Positions 26,515-39,099 of a stretch of DNA of 64,000 bases are shown here, one piece after another. This stretch comes from Botryllus schlosseri. Lineage: Eukaryota. Position numbers and translations under genes: made by a program. The notes below the pieces were generated by a model. The model worked only from the letters and a program-made list of their open reading frames with translations. It ran no database searches and was not told where the DNA came from. Within the stretch, counting starts at the first letter, position 1. Each line of letters starts with the position of its first letter. Location: contig CM119371.1 of the NCBI GenBank assembly GCA_051294905.1, positions 29,328,001-29,392,000 on the forward strand, written 5' to 3'.

Positions 26515-27881
26515 CGCGACCTTAATTCGGTCATTCTGCGTTCACAACAACAGGAAATATGATAGTTTTTGAACGCGGGCCTGACCCAGAGTTTATGGGC
26601 GATTCGACCTGACTGCCTCTTACTCTCATCGAATGTGCTAAACGTCTGGCGGAAGTTTGACATGCTACAAATGATCGCGTTTATTCCCCTATGTCTTCAA
26701 CAATATTGTGAATCTCAAATTGGATTTTGAGGTACAAGTAGGGTTGTCGTCGAAAAGAGTCCAAAATGAGGACAACTCAGAAATTCAACTTTCAAAACCA
26801 ATCTGAGGGCACTTTTGTTAGCCTAGCGCTAGCCGTTAGTGTTTTGTCTGAAATGAAAATAACTTTGTTACCAGTCTCTTAAAACATGATGTATTTTACT
26901 TTTTATGTTTTTATTTAGCTATATGACCGCTTACAGATGAAAATGACATGTAAAATTACAAAACCTTAGTTCACCAGAGTGCATGACATATAGAATACAC
27001 GTTCACCCTACTGTTTGTACCAAAATAAGACGGAAAATGAATGCTCATAAGACAGAGTACCTAAAAGAATAAAATATCTTTTTTATCAGGTCTGTACATG
27101 GAAACCATGGTTATTAAGACAGGGTGGTATAGAGGCTTCACGTGATCTTCGATATTCAGTCACGCGAATGTCCATAATAGCGTATCATACCCCAGGTCCG
27201 ATGTGTTATTAATGCGTTTGGACACGACTCAATGTGAGTGAAGTCTTACAAACCCAATTTTACTCAATATGTGTTTCTGTCCATTCTGTGTTTGTTAACG
27301 AATCACTGGTGACAATGAAGATACGGAATATTATATCCGTTTTGTGGTATTTCAAGAAAAAGTGCTAAATGCATCGTCGTAGGCCGGGTTCAGAAAGCAT
27401 CAAACACAACTTTCACGGATTGTGCTAGCAAACGTTAGCGTTCAACCTCTCGTTGTTGCATGTTCTTATATCTGTAAATTGCTAAATTGCTCATATAATT
27501 ATATTCTATGTTTAATACACCGGTATGTATAATTTGATCATCTCCTTATCGATCATCCCAAACGCATTCGTATAGTCTTAATATTTTTTTCACATAGTGC
27601 CTGCGATACAGTTCAAGCGTGTGCTATTTCTCTTTCAGCGATTTTCTTTATTCACACTGTTTATTGTATATGTTTGGAACGTGCCCCCGAATCGAGATAT
27701 ATGTTTCTTGATTAATCATATGAATACTGACTCAAATATCAGGAGAGTTAACCGGGAACAAGATATCTGTAGATCAGGGTTATATAATAGTTATAGTGTT
27801 AATCTCGTGAAACGCATCAGATGTTTTTACTGGGAATAATATATTGCATCGTCTGCAGGCCACTGCAAAAAATACAAACAT

Positions 27882-28052
27882 CAGGTACTCCGTATCACAG
27901 TAGGATCAATTTTAATTTGTAATTAGGCTGAATGTAATTCAGTACATTTTCCATGTAATTGCAATTGAAGCATATTTATTTTGTGCAATTGTAATTTGTA
28001 AAATTTTTGCCTAATTACAATTTCAATTACAGTACATTGTTATTGAGACCTG
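27882..28052. mobile_element. Small hAT-like MITE with GTAATT/AATTAC repeats
   Basis: Termini CAGGT... / ...GAGACCTG; TSD ACAAACAT/ACAAACAC. Confidence 0.65.
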
Positions 28053-29502
28053 ACAAACACAACATAAATTAAGTAATCTCATTTACATAGGTGTGCTATG
28101 CGTGCCTCAGCTAGACCAGTGCTCTTCAACCGGGGTGGTCGTACACCCTAGGGTGTACCAGAATTTGCAAAGGGTGTACCACTCGGATGGGGTGTACAGG
28201 GGTGTACCAGATCCGAATTACAATGAGCCGATGGCTAGCTATCACAAAGGCAGGTTTATGGGTCAGTACAGGTTGACGCACAGGTTAATGAGCAATATGG
28301 TACGATGTTATCTCAAAGGTAATACTCGGGGATATCTAGAACTCCTAGACTTCTAGATATCCCTGGGTAATACTGTACACCGCTTGATTGTGATGTCATA
28401 AGCAAATATTTCTCCTATTCATTTAGCCGTCGGCAATAGACCAATGGTTCCGTTTGGTGTTGGAAAGTATGCAGTTAACAAACATGTGTTCAGCTATAGC
28501 AGGGGTGGGCAATTATTTTACTCCGCGGGTCAAATGAGAAGTAGAAAATACGTTGGCGGGCCGAGTGGAAATTTTTAGCTATATTATCCAGTGTGTTTCA
28601 ATTTCTAAATTATATTGTTAATATATGCTGCTCAGTGTTGATGTTACCTAATGACGAAGTGGCGGTTAATTAATGAAATAGCTATCTGCCGTCATGATTC
28701 GAAACAATGTTAAATATGATACGTTTTTAACTCTTTTTAAACCCCTATCGACGGTCTTCTATTAAGACACTAAAACAGTTGTTCTCGGACTTATTTTAGG
28801 AACGCCCCGCTTCATGATAGTGAAAATGTTCACGCCCAATCCAACGGATGGTTTAATGCCATGGAAGGTTATAGTTGTTGATGAGGGAATTCTATAATAT
28901 CAAATTTGGACAATACACAGAGCAATAATTATACTATGAGCTTGGAGTAAATCGCGCGGGGCGCGAAAAAAAAATACATTTAACTTCGGCTTCGCGCCTC
29001 CCTTCAGATGCTTTCGCGGCCCCCAGTTCGAGAGCCACCGCACTGAAATGTATATGGGATAGTACAAAGCTTGGTCGCTGTATTCCGAGTAGTATGCAGC
29101 TCGAATAGCCTTGATGTTGAGCGAAGTTTGCAGTTTTCCTAAAGTTCGCCCTCTCTTGACCGAGAGATTTGTGTTTTTGTCATAATTCAAACCCTTACTT
29201 CCGCCGACATGATTGGCAAAAACTAAAATGACGGGTCTACCCCTAACTCCAGTATACAAATGTTAGTGCGATAAAGGCTCCATGAATTTCAGCTTTCGAT
29301 TTCCTCTTTTTGACATGAACTTTCATCCTTTATGGGTGATAGATATTAGGTATGATGATGATGATGAGTCATATAGCAGTCGCGAGCACTGATTGACTGG
29401 TTTTACCAACTACAGATTTGGAAACGCCTCACGCTACGATTTGAAACTCGTAACGTATAATGCGTAATGTGACAATCGCAACTAAGAAGGTTTGACCTAA
29501 AC

Positions 29503-30814
29503 CAGGGGTCGCCAACTCAAAATGGGTCGCGGGCCACTTTTCAAAATTCCTAGAGGACGCGGGCCGCATGACATCAATATCGAGATTAAAGTAGGCTACG
29601 CAGTTTAACAACCACGTCTGATAACTCTACGTTATTACAATGCTGTGCTCTCTAACATGGGCGACGGACATAGTCAGAAATAACATTTTATTGAACACAA
29701 ATACAACAAAAAATATCAAGATCATCTATTTCATTATATTTTGAACTATGAGCGGTGCACGATACCTGACAACACTCTGTAGCAGCTAAAACCGGGGTGA
29801 CCAGCTATTTGCTATTCACGGCCGCATTTCAATTACTCATATAGCCTGCGGCCGCATTCCGGCGCATAGTCGTAATGAGCTAACTGGGGCCAAATGGCAA
29901 ATACCAACATTAAACTGTCCAGTGTCCATGTCCATTGCCGGTACACTTCGGACTAATGTATTTACGCATATCGGCTTACTGTGCGCACCGAGACCGTTAC
30001 TAGTCATATTATAAAGAGTCACATGGACGCTACCTGTAATCGCGCGAAGCGCTAAAAAATTTTCTGGTTAATTAGTGAATTTCGTCATTAAATATTAGTA
30101 TAGTTTCATGTATAACTGTAAAACATTTATCCTTTTTCGGCCAATGTGATCAGATTCACCGGTAGAGCTGATGCAGCGGTTGTCTTCGAAAACTCAGGGA
30201 AGTTATTATTGCTGTGCTGCATCTTTGGTTGGGCCAATTCTTATTAGTCCCTTTTGTTGCATGCAGTTATTTCTTGACCTCCCATCAGATTTGTCGACAG
30301 TAGATTCGTAAATTAAATTTGCATATTGACGGCCGCCAAAACATCCTATTTGAATTAAGTGTCGACGGCCGCATAATTTTCCTTCTACTGCCGCAGATCG
30401 GCCACCCCTGCATTGAAGAATCGATATTGGGGTTAGCTAGACACGGTAGTCTACTTGCTGGAAAACTATCTCCTCGTAAAGCATGGTCTTTTGGAGAGCC
30501 CGAAGTAGTTTTTCAGGCGTCTCGGTCTTGGCAGTGGTGAACCATTGCACGTCCAGGCAATATGCCCATTCATACCAGCAAAATCTTCCTCAGTGGAATG
30601 ATATTACCACGCCGAAGCCGTATCAGCTAGTGAGGAATAGTGATATTGGGCACACTAGAATGGCTTACTTTGAACAACAACAATAATATCAATTTCAGCA
30701 TTTCAAAATGCTTTACCAAGCGTTTTCCGAAATATTTCCAGATCAGGCCGCGGGCCGCAAAATATGACCTCGCGGGCCGCATGCGGCCCGCGGGCCGCGT
30801 GTTGGTGACCCCTG
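29503..30814. mobile_element. hAT Charlie-like element C nested in B
   Basis: TIR CAGGGGTCGCCAAC / GTTGGTGACCCCTG; perfect TSD ACCTAAAC. Confidence 0.92.
29792..30410. mobile_element. Probable older hAT element D nested in C
   Basis: Termini CCGGGGTGACCA / CGGCCACCCCTG with ACGGCCGC subterminal motifs; no recognisable TSD. Confidence 0.5.
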
Positions 30815-32616
30815 ACCTAAACTATGGAAAGAGTGATTTCTTATGGATTTAATTGTTGCTCATACTTTGCCACAATGCCTTTATTTTGAATCTGGAGTAC
30901 GCATGAAAGGTATGTAGGAAGCGTATAGTCGTGACATATTAATGAACAGGCTTCAAAGCAAACGAATTGTCTGTTTAGTTGATGCAGCCTAAATTTTAGT
31001 CCACGCATCATCATTAAAAAAGCAGGTTGTATGTTAAGAATTCCAAGCAACCTTTCGCGGGCCGCACTTTGCCCAGGTCTGAGCTATATAGTCATTTGTC
31101 TTTAAGTGATTTTTGAGGAAACCGCCGCGATAGCTCAGACTTCTTGAATCGGTACTTCCTACCCGGCCTTAATAAATACCGCAATGCACATGAATGAAGT
31201 TACGTAGCCAGCCAGGGTCGAAACAGCTTCCATGTTGAAATCGAAACCCTTTTGTTTTAAAAAGCCGATTTTATATCCAATCTTTCGCCATACATTTGCA
31301 ATTTAGTATTTTGTTATTAGTGATGCCAATTAGCGACAATAGACTGTGTATAGCGGCATACGATCTGAGGTTACTGACCTCTCTTCCAGCCCATGTGCTA
31401 CTATCGACTGTGTGTGGTGTGAGGCAGGCCTTGTACGCAGTAGGCTGGTGCGCCTGCGATCATCGCTGATCTGAATTACCGCTTCTGCAGCAGTAGCTTT
31501 ACTTACTTTCTCCCCAATACTGTTACATTTAGGTTGATTATCGTTCGTAATGTCATGCTGTTTTGGGGCTGACACGAAACATATTCCAATTTGCGTGGCG
31601 GGCGGCCTAACTGGCTGCGAATAAACTCTGTGGCCAAATACTATTTTATTCAAATCCAATTTTTTTTTACGGCAATAACTCCGCTTCTACTGGTTGGAAT
31701 TGAATCAAATTTGAAGAACATCATTTTTATAGACAACAGAAAAATTTCACATTTTTCGTTATTTATTTTTAGATAATAAATAGAAACTTTCTTCTCCCGT
31801 AGCCATGCGGCTACTGGTTGGAATTGAACCAAATTTGGTGTGTAGGCTTAAGTTAGGTAACCTAACAATTTTATCAAGTAGCCAGTACGATTTGAGGAAA
31901 AAAGTCATTTTTGAAGACCCCTAATGAACAGGGGTGTACGAGTTTTGAGCAAACGTTAAAAGGGTGTATCACGTCGAAAAAGGTTGAAGAGCACTGAGCT
32001 AGACAATAGGGATGGTGTGAACGTCAGTGTGGGTGACAAAAATATAAAGGTGAACATTCCGCTCAGCTCCCGAAATGACCGCCGGAGCGGCATTTCAGTC
32101 GAATTTTGCTATAAATATGACCAAAATTCCCAAAAAAAGTGGACAAAATTTCAAAAAAGAGGACAGAAGGCCGTCCTCCGAGGACACTTTCAGAAAAGTA
32201 AAAAATGGGGACAAATCCTCTTTAAAGAGGACGTAAGGTAACCCTAGGCAACGATATCAATTTATTTGATTGGTTGAATAAGCATCATTCGCTGACTACC
32301 TAGATGTAGTGTATTTAGCTCTTGATGTTGTGTGATTGCAGGTCAAGCTCACAGCAGAGAGTCATAAATATTCACAAAAGGACAGCTGCATCTTTCGAGC
32401 AAACTTTTGTAACAAAGCAAGTAAAATGTTTGGTGCATGCTCGTCTAGTATTGATTTTTTTATGCTGCGAGCGCCATGCATAGAGTGGCCCGCAGTTGAA
32501 ATGAAATAAGATGTTATAATGAAGTGAAAATTGTAATATATGAAAAAAGGTTCACAGTGCAGAACCTAACCTACCAATATAGATAACTAACCTACGGAGG
32601 TTATAGTTATCTATAC

Positions 32617-34454
32617 CAGTGCTCTTCAGCCTTTTTCGGCGTGGTACACCCTTTTAACGTTTGCTCAAAACTCGTACACCCCTGTTCATTAGGGGTTTTC
32701 AAAAATGACCTTTTTCCTCAAATCGTAGGACTGGCTACTTGATAAAATTGTTAGGTTACCAAACTTAAGCCTACACACCAAATTTGGTTCAATTCCAACC
32801 AGTAGTCGCATGGCTACGGAAGAAGAAAGTTTCTATTTATAATATAAAAATAAATAACGAAAAATGTGAAATTTTTCTGTTCACCCCATGAAAGTATTAG
32901 GTTGTCTATAAAAATGATGTTTTTCAAATTTGCTTCAATTCCAACCAGTAGAAGCGGAGTTATAGCCGTCAAAAAATTTGGATTTGAATAAAATAGTATT
33001 TGGTCAGAGTCTATTCGCAGCCAGTTAGGCCGCCCGCCACGCAAATTGGAATTTATTTCGTGTCAGCCACAAAACACCATGACATTACGAACGATAATCA
33101 ACCTAAATGTAACAGTATTGGGGAGAGAGTATAGGTAAAGCTACTGCTGCAGAAGCGGTAATTCTGATTAGCGATGATAGCAGGCGCACCAGCCTACTGC
33201 GTATCAGGCCTGCCCCACACCACACACAGTCGATAGTCGCACATGGCTGCAAGAGATGTCAGTAACCTCAGATCGGATGCCGCTATACACAGTCTATCGT
33301 CGCTAATTTGCATCACTAATAACAAAATACTAAATTGCAAATGTATGGCGAAATATTGGACATAAAATCGGCATTTTAAAACAAAAGGGTTTCGATTTCA
33401 ACATGAAAGCTGTTTCGACCCTGGCTGGCTACGCCACTTCATTTATGTGCATTGCGGTATTTATTAACGTTGGGTAGGAAGTACCGATTCAAGAAGTCTG
33501 AGCTATCGCGGCGGTTTCCTCAAAAATCACTAAAAGACAAATGACTAGCTGAACACATGTTTGTTAACTGCATACTTTCCAACACCAAACGGAACCATTG
33601 GTCTATTGCGTATTGCCGACGGCTATATGAATAGCAGAAATATTTGGTTATGACATCACAATGAAGCGGTGTAAAGTGTTACACTTGAGATAACATCGTA
33701 CCATTATAGAATGTAAACGTGGAATGGCAGCGACCGATTTTGCAGCTTCGTTCCGCTTGGCTGAAGCTTTACTCAGACTTATTTTACGGCAGCTACTGTA
33801 GGATTTCTGGCAATCCAAAAGTTGCCTTCCAAAGCTCATAATTTACTGAATCTGGTTTCGATCGAAAGCTACTGTCGCACTGATTCCGAAAATGTAAATA
33901 AAAATATGATCAGGCACTGAACCGCTTAGAATTCGCCCTCTAAGTCTGAATTATCGGCATTGTCCGAGCAATCGAAGAGCCGCAATGGGTCATTGTTATG
34001 GTCATTGTTTTGCGGTCATCCGATTGTTCTGAACAATGCAGATTTTAGATGTTGAGGGTGGTTTTTCATCTCAGTATGGGGCTTCACCATATTTTGATTG
34101 ATATTTTAGAAATCAGTGCGACAGTAGCTTTCGATCAAGACCGGATTCAGTAAATTCTGAGCACTGGAAGACAAGTTTTGGATTGCAAGAAATTCTACAG
34201 TAGCTGCCGTAAAATAAGTCTGAGTAAAGCTTCAGCGAAGCGGAACGAAGCTGCAAAATCGGTCGCTGCCATTCCACGTTTACATTCTATAGTACCATAT
34301 TGCTCATTAACCTGTGCGTCAAACTGTACTGACCCATAAACCTGTCTTTGTGATAGCTAGCCATCGGCTCGTTGTAATTCGGATCTGGTACACCCCTGTA
34401 CACCCCATCCGAGTGGTACACCCTTTGCAAATTATGGTACACCCTAGGGCACTG
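32617..34454. mobile_element. hAT element A, copy 2, inverted relative to copy 1
   Basis: Left TIR CAGTGCTCTTCAGCC; right end internally deleted (ACCCTAGGGCACTG); perfect TSD ATCTATAC; sequence is the reverse complement of A1. Confidence 0.9.
33705..34291. mobile_element. Element with ~190-bp TIRs and 7-bp TSD nested in A2 (P-superfamily-like, inferred)
   Basis: TATAGAATGTAAACGTGG... / ...CCACGTTTACATTCTATA; TSD GTACCAT at 33698-33704 and 34292-34298; absent from the matching site of A1. Confidence 0.85.
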
Positions 34455-34778
34455 ATCTATACTACCAAGGTTAGTTTGTGAACGCGAACCTCTAAATTTC
34501 CGAGGTCACACACCACACACACACATCACGAATGTGAACCTCACGTTCTCACTATCCCTATTATTCAACCACCTACCACCTACGGAATTAGTAGGTTAGT
34601 TATCTATATATAGGACACTGGTTGTGGTGACATTGAATCGACCATTCTGACGTGCGGTTTCGTTCTCACTCCTACCAGAGCCACTGGGTGGCCACTCTGA
34701 TGAGGCAGCGAAACCAATAAGCGCGCGAAGATTGTTTCCTACGAAGCTTTCAGCCGACTGTGCAACGTAATACTGTAC

Positions 34779-34803
34779 AGAGAGAGAGAGAGAGAGAGAG
34801 AGA
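34779..34803 (+). repeat. (AG)12 microsatellite forming the LINE 3' tail
   Basis: Read directly from the sequence. Confidence 0.9.
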
Positions 34804-35383
34804 ATCTTTATTCGTATACATTACATATCAACATAACACTACAAAAATGTAACAGTGAAATGCGACATGCAAGGTAGACGGGAGGCTCGATATGACATAG
34901 TCTTCAGAGCCGAGCCACCCGGGACAGGAGCAATTTTCACAGTCGATAACTAATGAAAAAAAAAAAATTAAAATAAACGAACGAAAGGAAAAATAAGATA
35001 CAGTATCATGGACCAATTTGAAATACAACGCAAATACAATTTAGCGGTAGTTAGACATAAGAGAATGAAAACATTGTTTTTTAAAAGCACAGGAGTCTAA
35101 ATTGCGGAGATTAGGTGGCAGCTTATTCCAAACATTGACACTAATAAAACTGATTAAATTTTGTACTAGACTGGTAGAGTGGTGTTGCACAGACAGAGAC
35201 AAGTTAGAAGAAAATCTGGTATGATGTTGGTGGGTATCTGAAGGTGTCTTGAACAGATTATCAAAATATAGTGGCAGTTCACCCTGATGATATATAGCTA
35301 TGCATGAATTTCATTACCTCGAATTTGAAAATGTCTTCCACTTTCAATATTCTAACGCTACGATACATGCTATTACAATTCTC

Positions 35384-36255
35384 GGCACTTCTTCGATAGT
35401 AGGTAGACATCGAAAAGTGTTCACCATGACCACCGGTGAATGTTTTCCATGAACACGAACAAAAATTTATAAACGTCAAAATATTTTTTTTTGCGTTTGG
35501 AGAGGGTAATGGTCAAAGTTGGGTTTAGGGTATCCCAAGATTAGAGTTGGAGTATTAGGGTGGGAGGGGGGATATTAGGGTTGGGGTTAGGGGGATATCA
35601 GGGTTAGGGAGGGAGATATTAGGGTAGGAGGTGGGTCAGGTTCAACGTTGCGATTAGATTACCCCTAACGGGGGATTAACCCACCTCCAATCTCCCTTTC
35701 ACCCAACCCTAATATCCCCTCTCCCACAGCCCTAATATACCCTAACCCCAACATCCCCCACCCACAACCCTAATATCCCCCCTCCCGCAACCCTAATACC
35801 CCCCTCCCGCAACCCTAATATTCCCCCTCCAACAACTCTAATATCCCCCTCCCGCAACCCTAATATCCCCTCTCCCGCAACCCTAATATCCCCCGTCCCG
35901 CAACCCTAATATCCCCCTTCCTAATCTTTGGATACCTAACCCCAACTTTGACCCTAACCCACCTCCAACCCCCCTTTCCTCAAACCTTAATTTCCCTCTT
36001 TCCCAAACCCTAATATCCCCCCTCCCATAACCCTAATTTCCCCCAAGCCTAACATCCCCTCCCAAGCCCTAATATCCCTCTTTCCTCAATCCTAATCCCC
36101 CCCCCCCAACCCGACCCTAATATCCGTCTCTCCAAAGACACAAAAAACAACAATTCATTTTGACGTTTATAAATTTTTATTCGTGATCATGGGAAACATT
36201 AATTGGTGATCATGGTGAACACTTTTCGATGTCTACCTACTATCGAAGAAGTGCC
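35384..36255. mobile_element. Merlin-like non-autonomous element with internal telomere-like minisatellite
   Basis: ~100-bp TIRs GGCACTTCTTCGATAGTAGG... / ...CCTACTATCGAAGAAGTGCC; perfect 8-bp TSD CAATTCTC; GG..CC termini. Confidence 0.85.
35550..36125. repeat. ~23-24 bp minisatellite AACCCTAATATCCCCCCTCCCGC, G-rich on + left of about 35660 and C-rich right of it
   Basis: Repeated CCCTAA/TTAGGG cores with poly-C or poly-G runs; strand polarity switches near 35660. Confidence 0.9.
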
Positions 36256-38151
36256 CAATTCTCATATCTAAATTTCGGACAGAGAATTCGTATGGCTCGG
36301 TTTTGCAAGACTTGCAATTTCTGCAGATGTTTTTTCGCAGCAGGTCCCCAAACTAGGATCCCATAAATGAGATAGCAGTGAATTAAGGCATAGTAGACTG
36401 ATCTGAGAGTCGAGATATAATAATGGTCAGGCCAGGCAGCATGTTAATTTAAGGCTCGATCATACGCAATGCGACCAGATCGACAACGAGCAATGGGATG
36501 GAGCATTTATTTGTTATATTGATCGCGAGCGCCATTCCTCCGGCCGAATGACGATGCGACTATGCAGGGGTCGGCAACCTTTTTTGTATGCAGCGTACCA
36601 AAATGTCAAAAAATGTGAAATTATTACCAACTGGCCTGCTCATCATTTATAACTTGTCTTATTTAGCGTTTCAACTAAGGAATCCCACCAACCGCTTATA
36701 TCTGCAGCTGGCAATGGCAACGGCATCGGTTTTGCCAGTGATTCTTAAATTCTTCATTCTTGGTCGCTACCGCATTAGACATATCATAATATCGTGTACG
36801 TAATATTTTTGCCATTTATTTATTAGTCACGCAATGATTGATCATCTGTGGACTGTGGTAATAGCTTTGGTCTTTTCGTTTCCAAGCCAATCAATGTTGT
36901 TACGATGATTCTGATGGCCTGAACTGATCTGATGATGAAAATTGTGTGCACTCCTGTATATAATTCAAGTCGGTTTGGTGTCACATAGGATTGGTCTGAC
37001 ACTAATTTGTCTCTGAAGCTCCAAAGGTCACGGTAAAGGCTGTCGTTGCTCCAGATAAATTGGAATCGCTTATAAACGTAGCCTACCAGACGAAACTAAA
37101 AGAATATCTCTTCATGAGACAAGCGCTATTTCAAGCTCGCATTTCGACACGGGTCTCATTACGGTATTATTCATTTTCCTCAATGGGTCTCATTTTACAC
37201 GTGCAGCTCAAGCTGCGTGCGTGAGCGTGGACAGTTGACATATCAATGTTAAACGTTCAGGCAGCACGAGGCGATTATTTTATTTCAAGGTTTTATCGCG
37301 TCAACCATTTTGGCAGCGCACGGAGTTGCGTGGTAGCATGTCGCCCGAAACGTTTTATCTATAGGTCCTCTCTTCTATAGCCTGAAAATGTCCAGAGCCT
37401 AAATGCCAGTTCATTTATAATAGTCACGCTCCAGCAGGCTGCACGCTGCACACTGAAGCATCCAAATGGTTTCAAACTATATCAAGTTGCCATTCTTCCA
37501 TAATACGGTCAGACTCATTTCTATATACATGTGGATATTTTTAGGTTCCCACATTACAATCTAGAGGTCGGGTTTCAATAAATCGCGGACAAGATTTTTG
37601 GGACATATAAAATCTGACCCAGAAGAGTGAGAAGACTATTTTATTTTGATTTACGAAATAAGTTTGGGTCGCCTACGAGATTGCTACATTTTAAAAACTT
37701 CTGTTTCACTTCTGCTAGAACATGGTTGGTTATAAAATATCTCATTTGCTTCAAATCATTTGGTGTGCCATTAAAAATCAACCTCCGGACTATAGAGACT
37801 GTAATGTGACGATAGCGTGATGGTAGGCCCTACCTATTTTGTCGATCTGGTTGCCATGCTGAGATATCGATTTGTGTGCTGAGGGCAGTGGGCGTGATAC
37901 ATATGACAAGGCATTTGCTATTTATTTTGAATTATAGTGAATGGCGATTGTTGTAGACAAGACAGAATGCATGTGGTGTTGCATAGCGATTGGTGTAATA
38001 TAAATAGTCTGATTTGCTGTTGTGGTAGCGAAAGTACACTAGCACCAGGTTACTGTAGCTGTGTGTGCTCTGGTGTAATTGGTTTGGACATGGATACGGG
38101 TGGGTACCTCTGTGTCTTCACATCATTGACTCTGTTTTTAGACCTTGCAGC

Positions 38152-38465
38152 ATGATTTTAACTCCTGACCAGAAGCAATTATTGGCAATTTTGTGCATCC
38201 GAAGAAGAATGAGAAAGAAGATGGAGGCGAGATCGATCTGGGAACATCCCCTTTTGCAAAGGCGAGAACAATCCATAGAGTATCCCAGGTTGGTCATTGG
38301 TCAAGGAATATGAATTAGAATCACTGTCGGATCACGCCACAGCAGTTTCATGATCTGATCCAACTCATTGGGAGAAGATATTGTCAAACTCGATACCAAC
38401 TGGAGGAAGGCTGTGTCTTTAGAAGAAAGATGCGCAGACACTTTGAGATTTCTTGCGCATGGGGG
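38152..38465 (+). pseudogene. Degraded PIF/Harbinger transposase N-terminus
   Basis: RSIWEHPLLQRREQSIEYPRL, then after a frameshift RITPQQFHDLIQLIGEDIVKLDTNWRKAVSLEERCADTLRFLAHG, matching the Harbinger/HARBI1-type pattern WVHP..R, F..L...I.K.DT..R.AI...ERLA.TLRFLATG. Confidence 0.8.
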
Positions 38466-39099
38466 TCCCATTCAGAACAGGCACTGGATCCTATCGACTT
38501 GGCCGCTCGAATATATCAAACATTGTGAGGCGTTCTTGAATAACATACGCTGGACAATGGTCTTTAGAGCATAAGTAACCAAAAGAACTTACAGCTGACA
38601 ATTGAATATATATGTACGAAGAATGAAAAACGCTGATTAATAATTATCATTAGATGACCCAACACCCAAGCGCTAAATTAGAATTATAACTCGCGTCACA
38701 AGGAACACGGAAACCAAGAAAATGCCGTAGGCTACGCACATGCTAACATCAACAAAACAATACTAATGACCAAATTAGACGCACCGTTGCCTACATCTCT
38801 GAATTGTCAAGAACTGTTTCGTTAATCAGTCTGTTACATGCAGAGAAGAACTGGTGTATTATACTCGCATTAGGACATATTTGCGTTACAGCGATTGATA
38901 CGAAGCAAAACAGCCTGTTCGTAGCAAAGAAATATATACCCATTGTAAATGCGCAACGACGCGAAATACGAAAACTACTCGCATTAGGCATGTTTGAATT
39001 GGTATGACTCTAAATATTTGCTGTCACGAGGAACATGGCTTGACTTCGCCGAGACGCTCAATGGCGTCGCAATTAGTACGCGACGTTAATCGCTATTAC

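Larger units (their letters stand above)
28500..31081. mobile_element. hAT Charlie-like element B nested in A1
   Basis: Termini CAGGGGTGGGCAA / TTGCCCAGGTCTG; TSD AGCTATAG/AGCTATAT; the empty site is visible in copy A2 at about 33541-33552. Confidence 0.85.
28117..31996. mobile_element. hAT non-autonomous element A, copy 1 (host of nested insertions)
   Basis: TIR CAGTGCTCTTCAACC / GGTTGAAGAGCACTG; perfect TSD AGCTAGAC at 28109-28116 and 31997-32004; GGTGTAC subterminal motifs. Confidence 0.92.
34779..36470 (-). mobile_element. 5'-truncated CR1/L2-clade LINE (ORF2 C-terminus, 3' UTR, microsatellite tail), split by the element at 35384-36255
   Basis: With the insertion removed, the minus strand reads SVYYALIHCYLIYGILVWGPAAKKHLQKLQVLQNRAIRILCPKFRYENCNSMYRSVRILKVEDIFKFEVMKFMHS...VWNKLPPNLR (with a frameshift); AATAAA at 34807-34812 precedes a (TC)n tail. 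Confidence 0.85.

Noticed and set aside
32007..32247. Small TAGGG...GGTAACCCTA element in the spacer between A1 and A2
   Set aside because: Weak TIR match and no TSD; too uncertain to call.
35500..36125. True telomere or chromosome-fusion site
   Set aside because: Units are ~23-bp composites rather than (TTAGGG)n and are enclosed by TIRs and a TSD.
36565..36605. hAT left end CAGGGGTCGGCAACC pairing with the related end at 2130-2171 as one giant element
   Set aside because: The two ends face away from each other and share no TSD; treated as two solo ends of one family.
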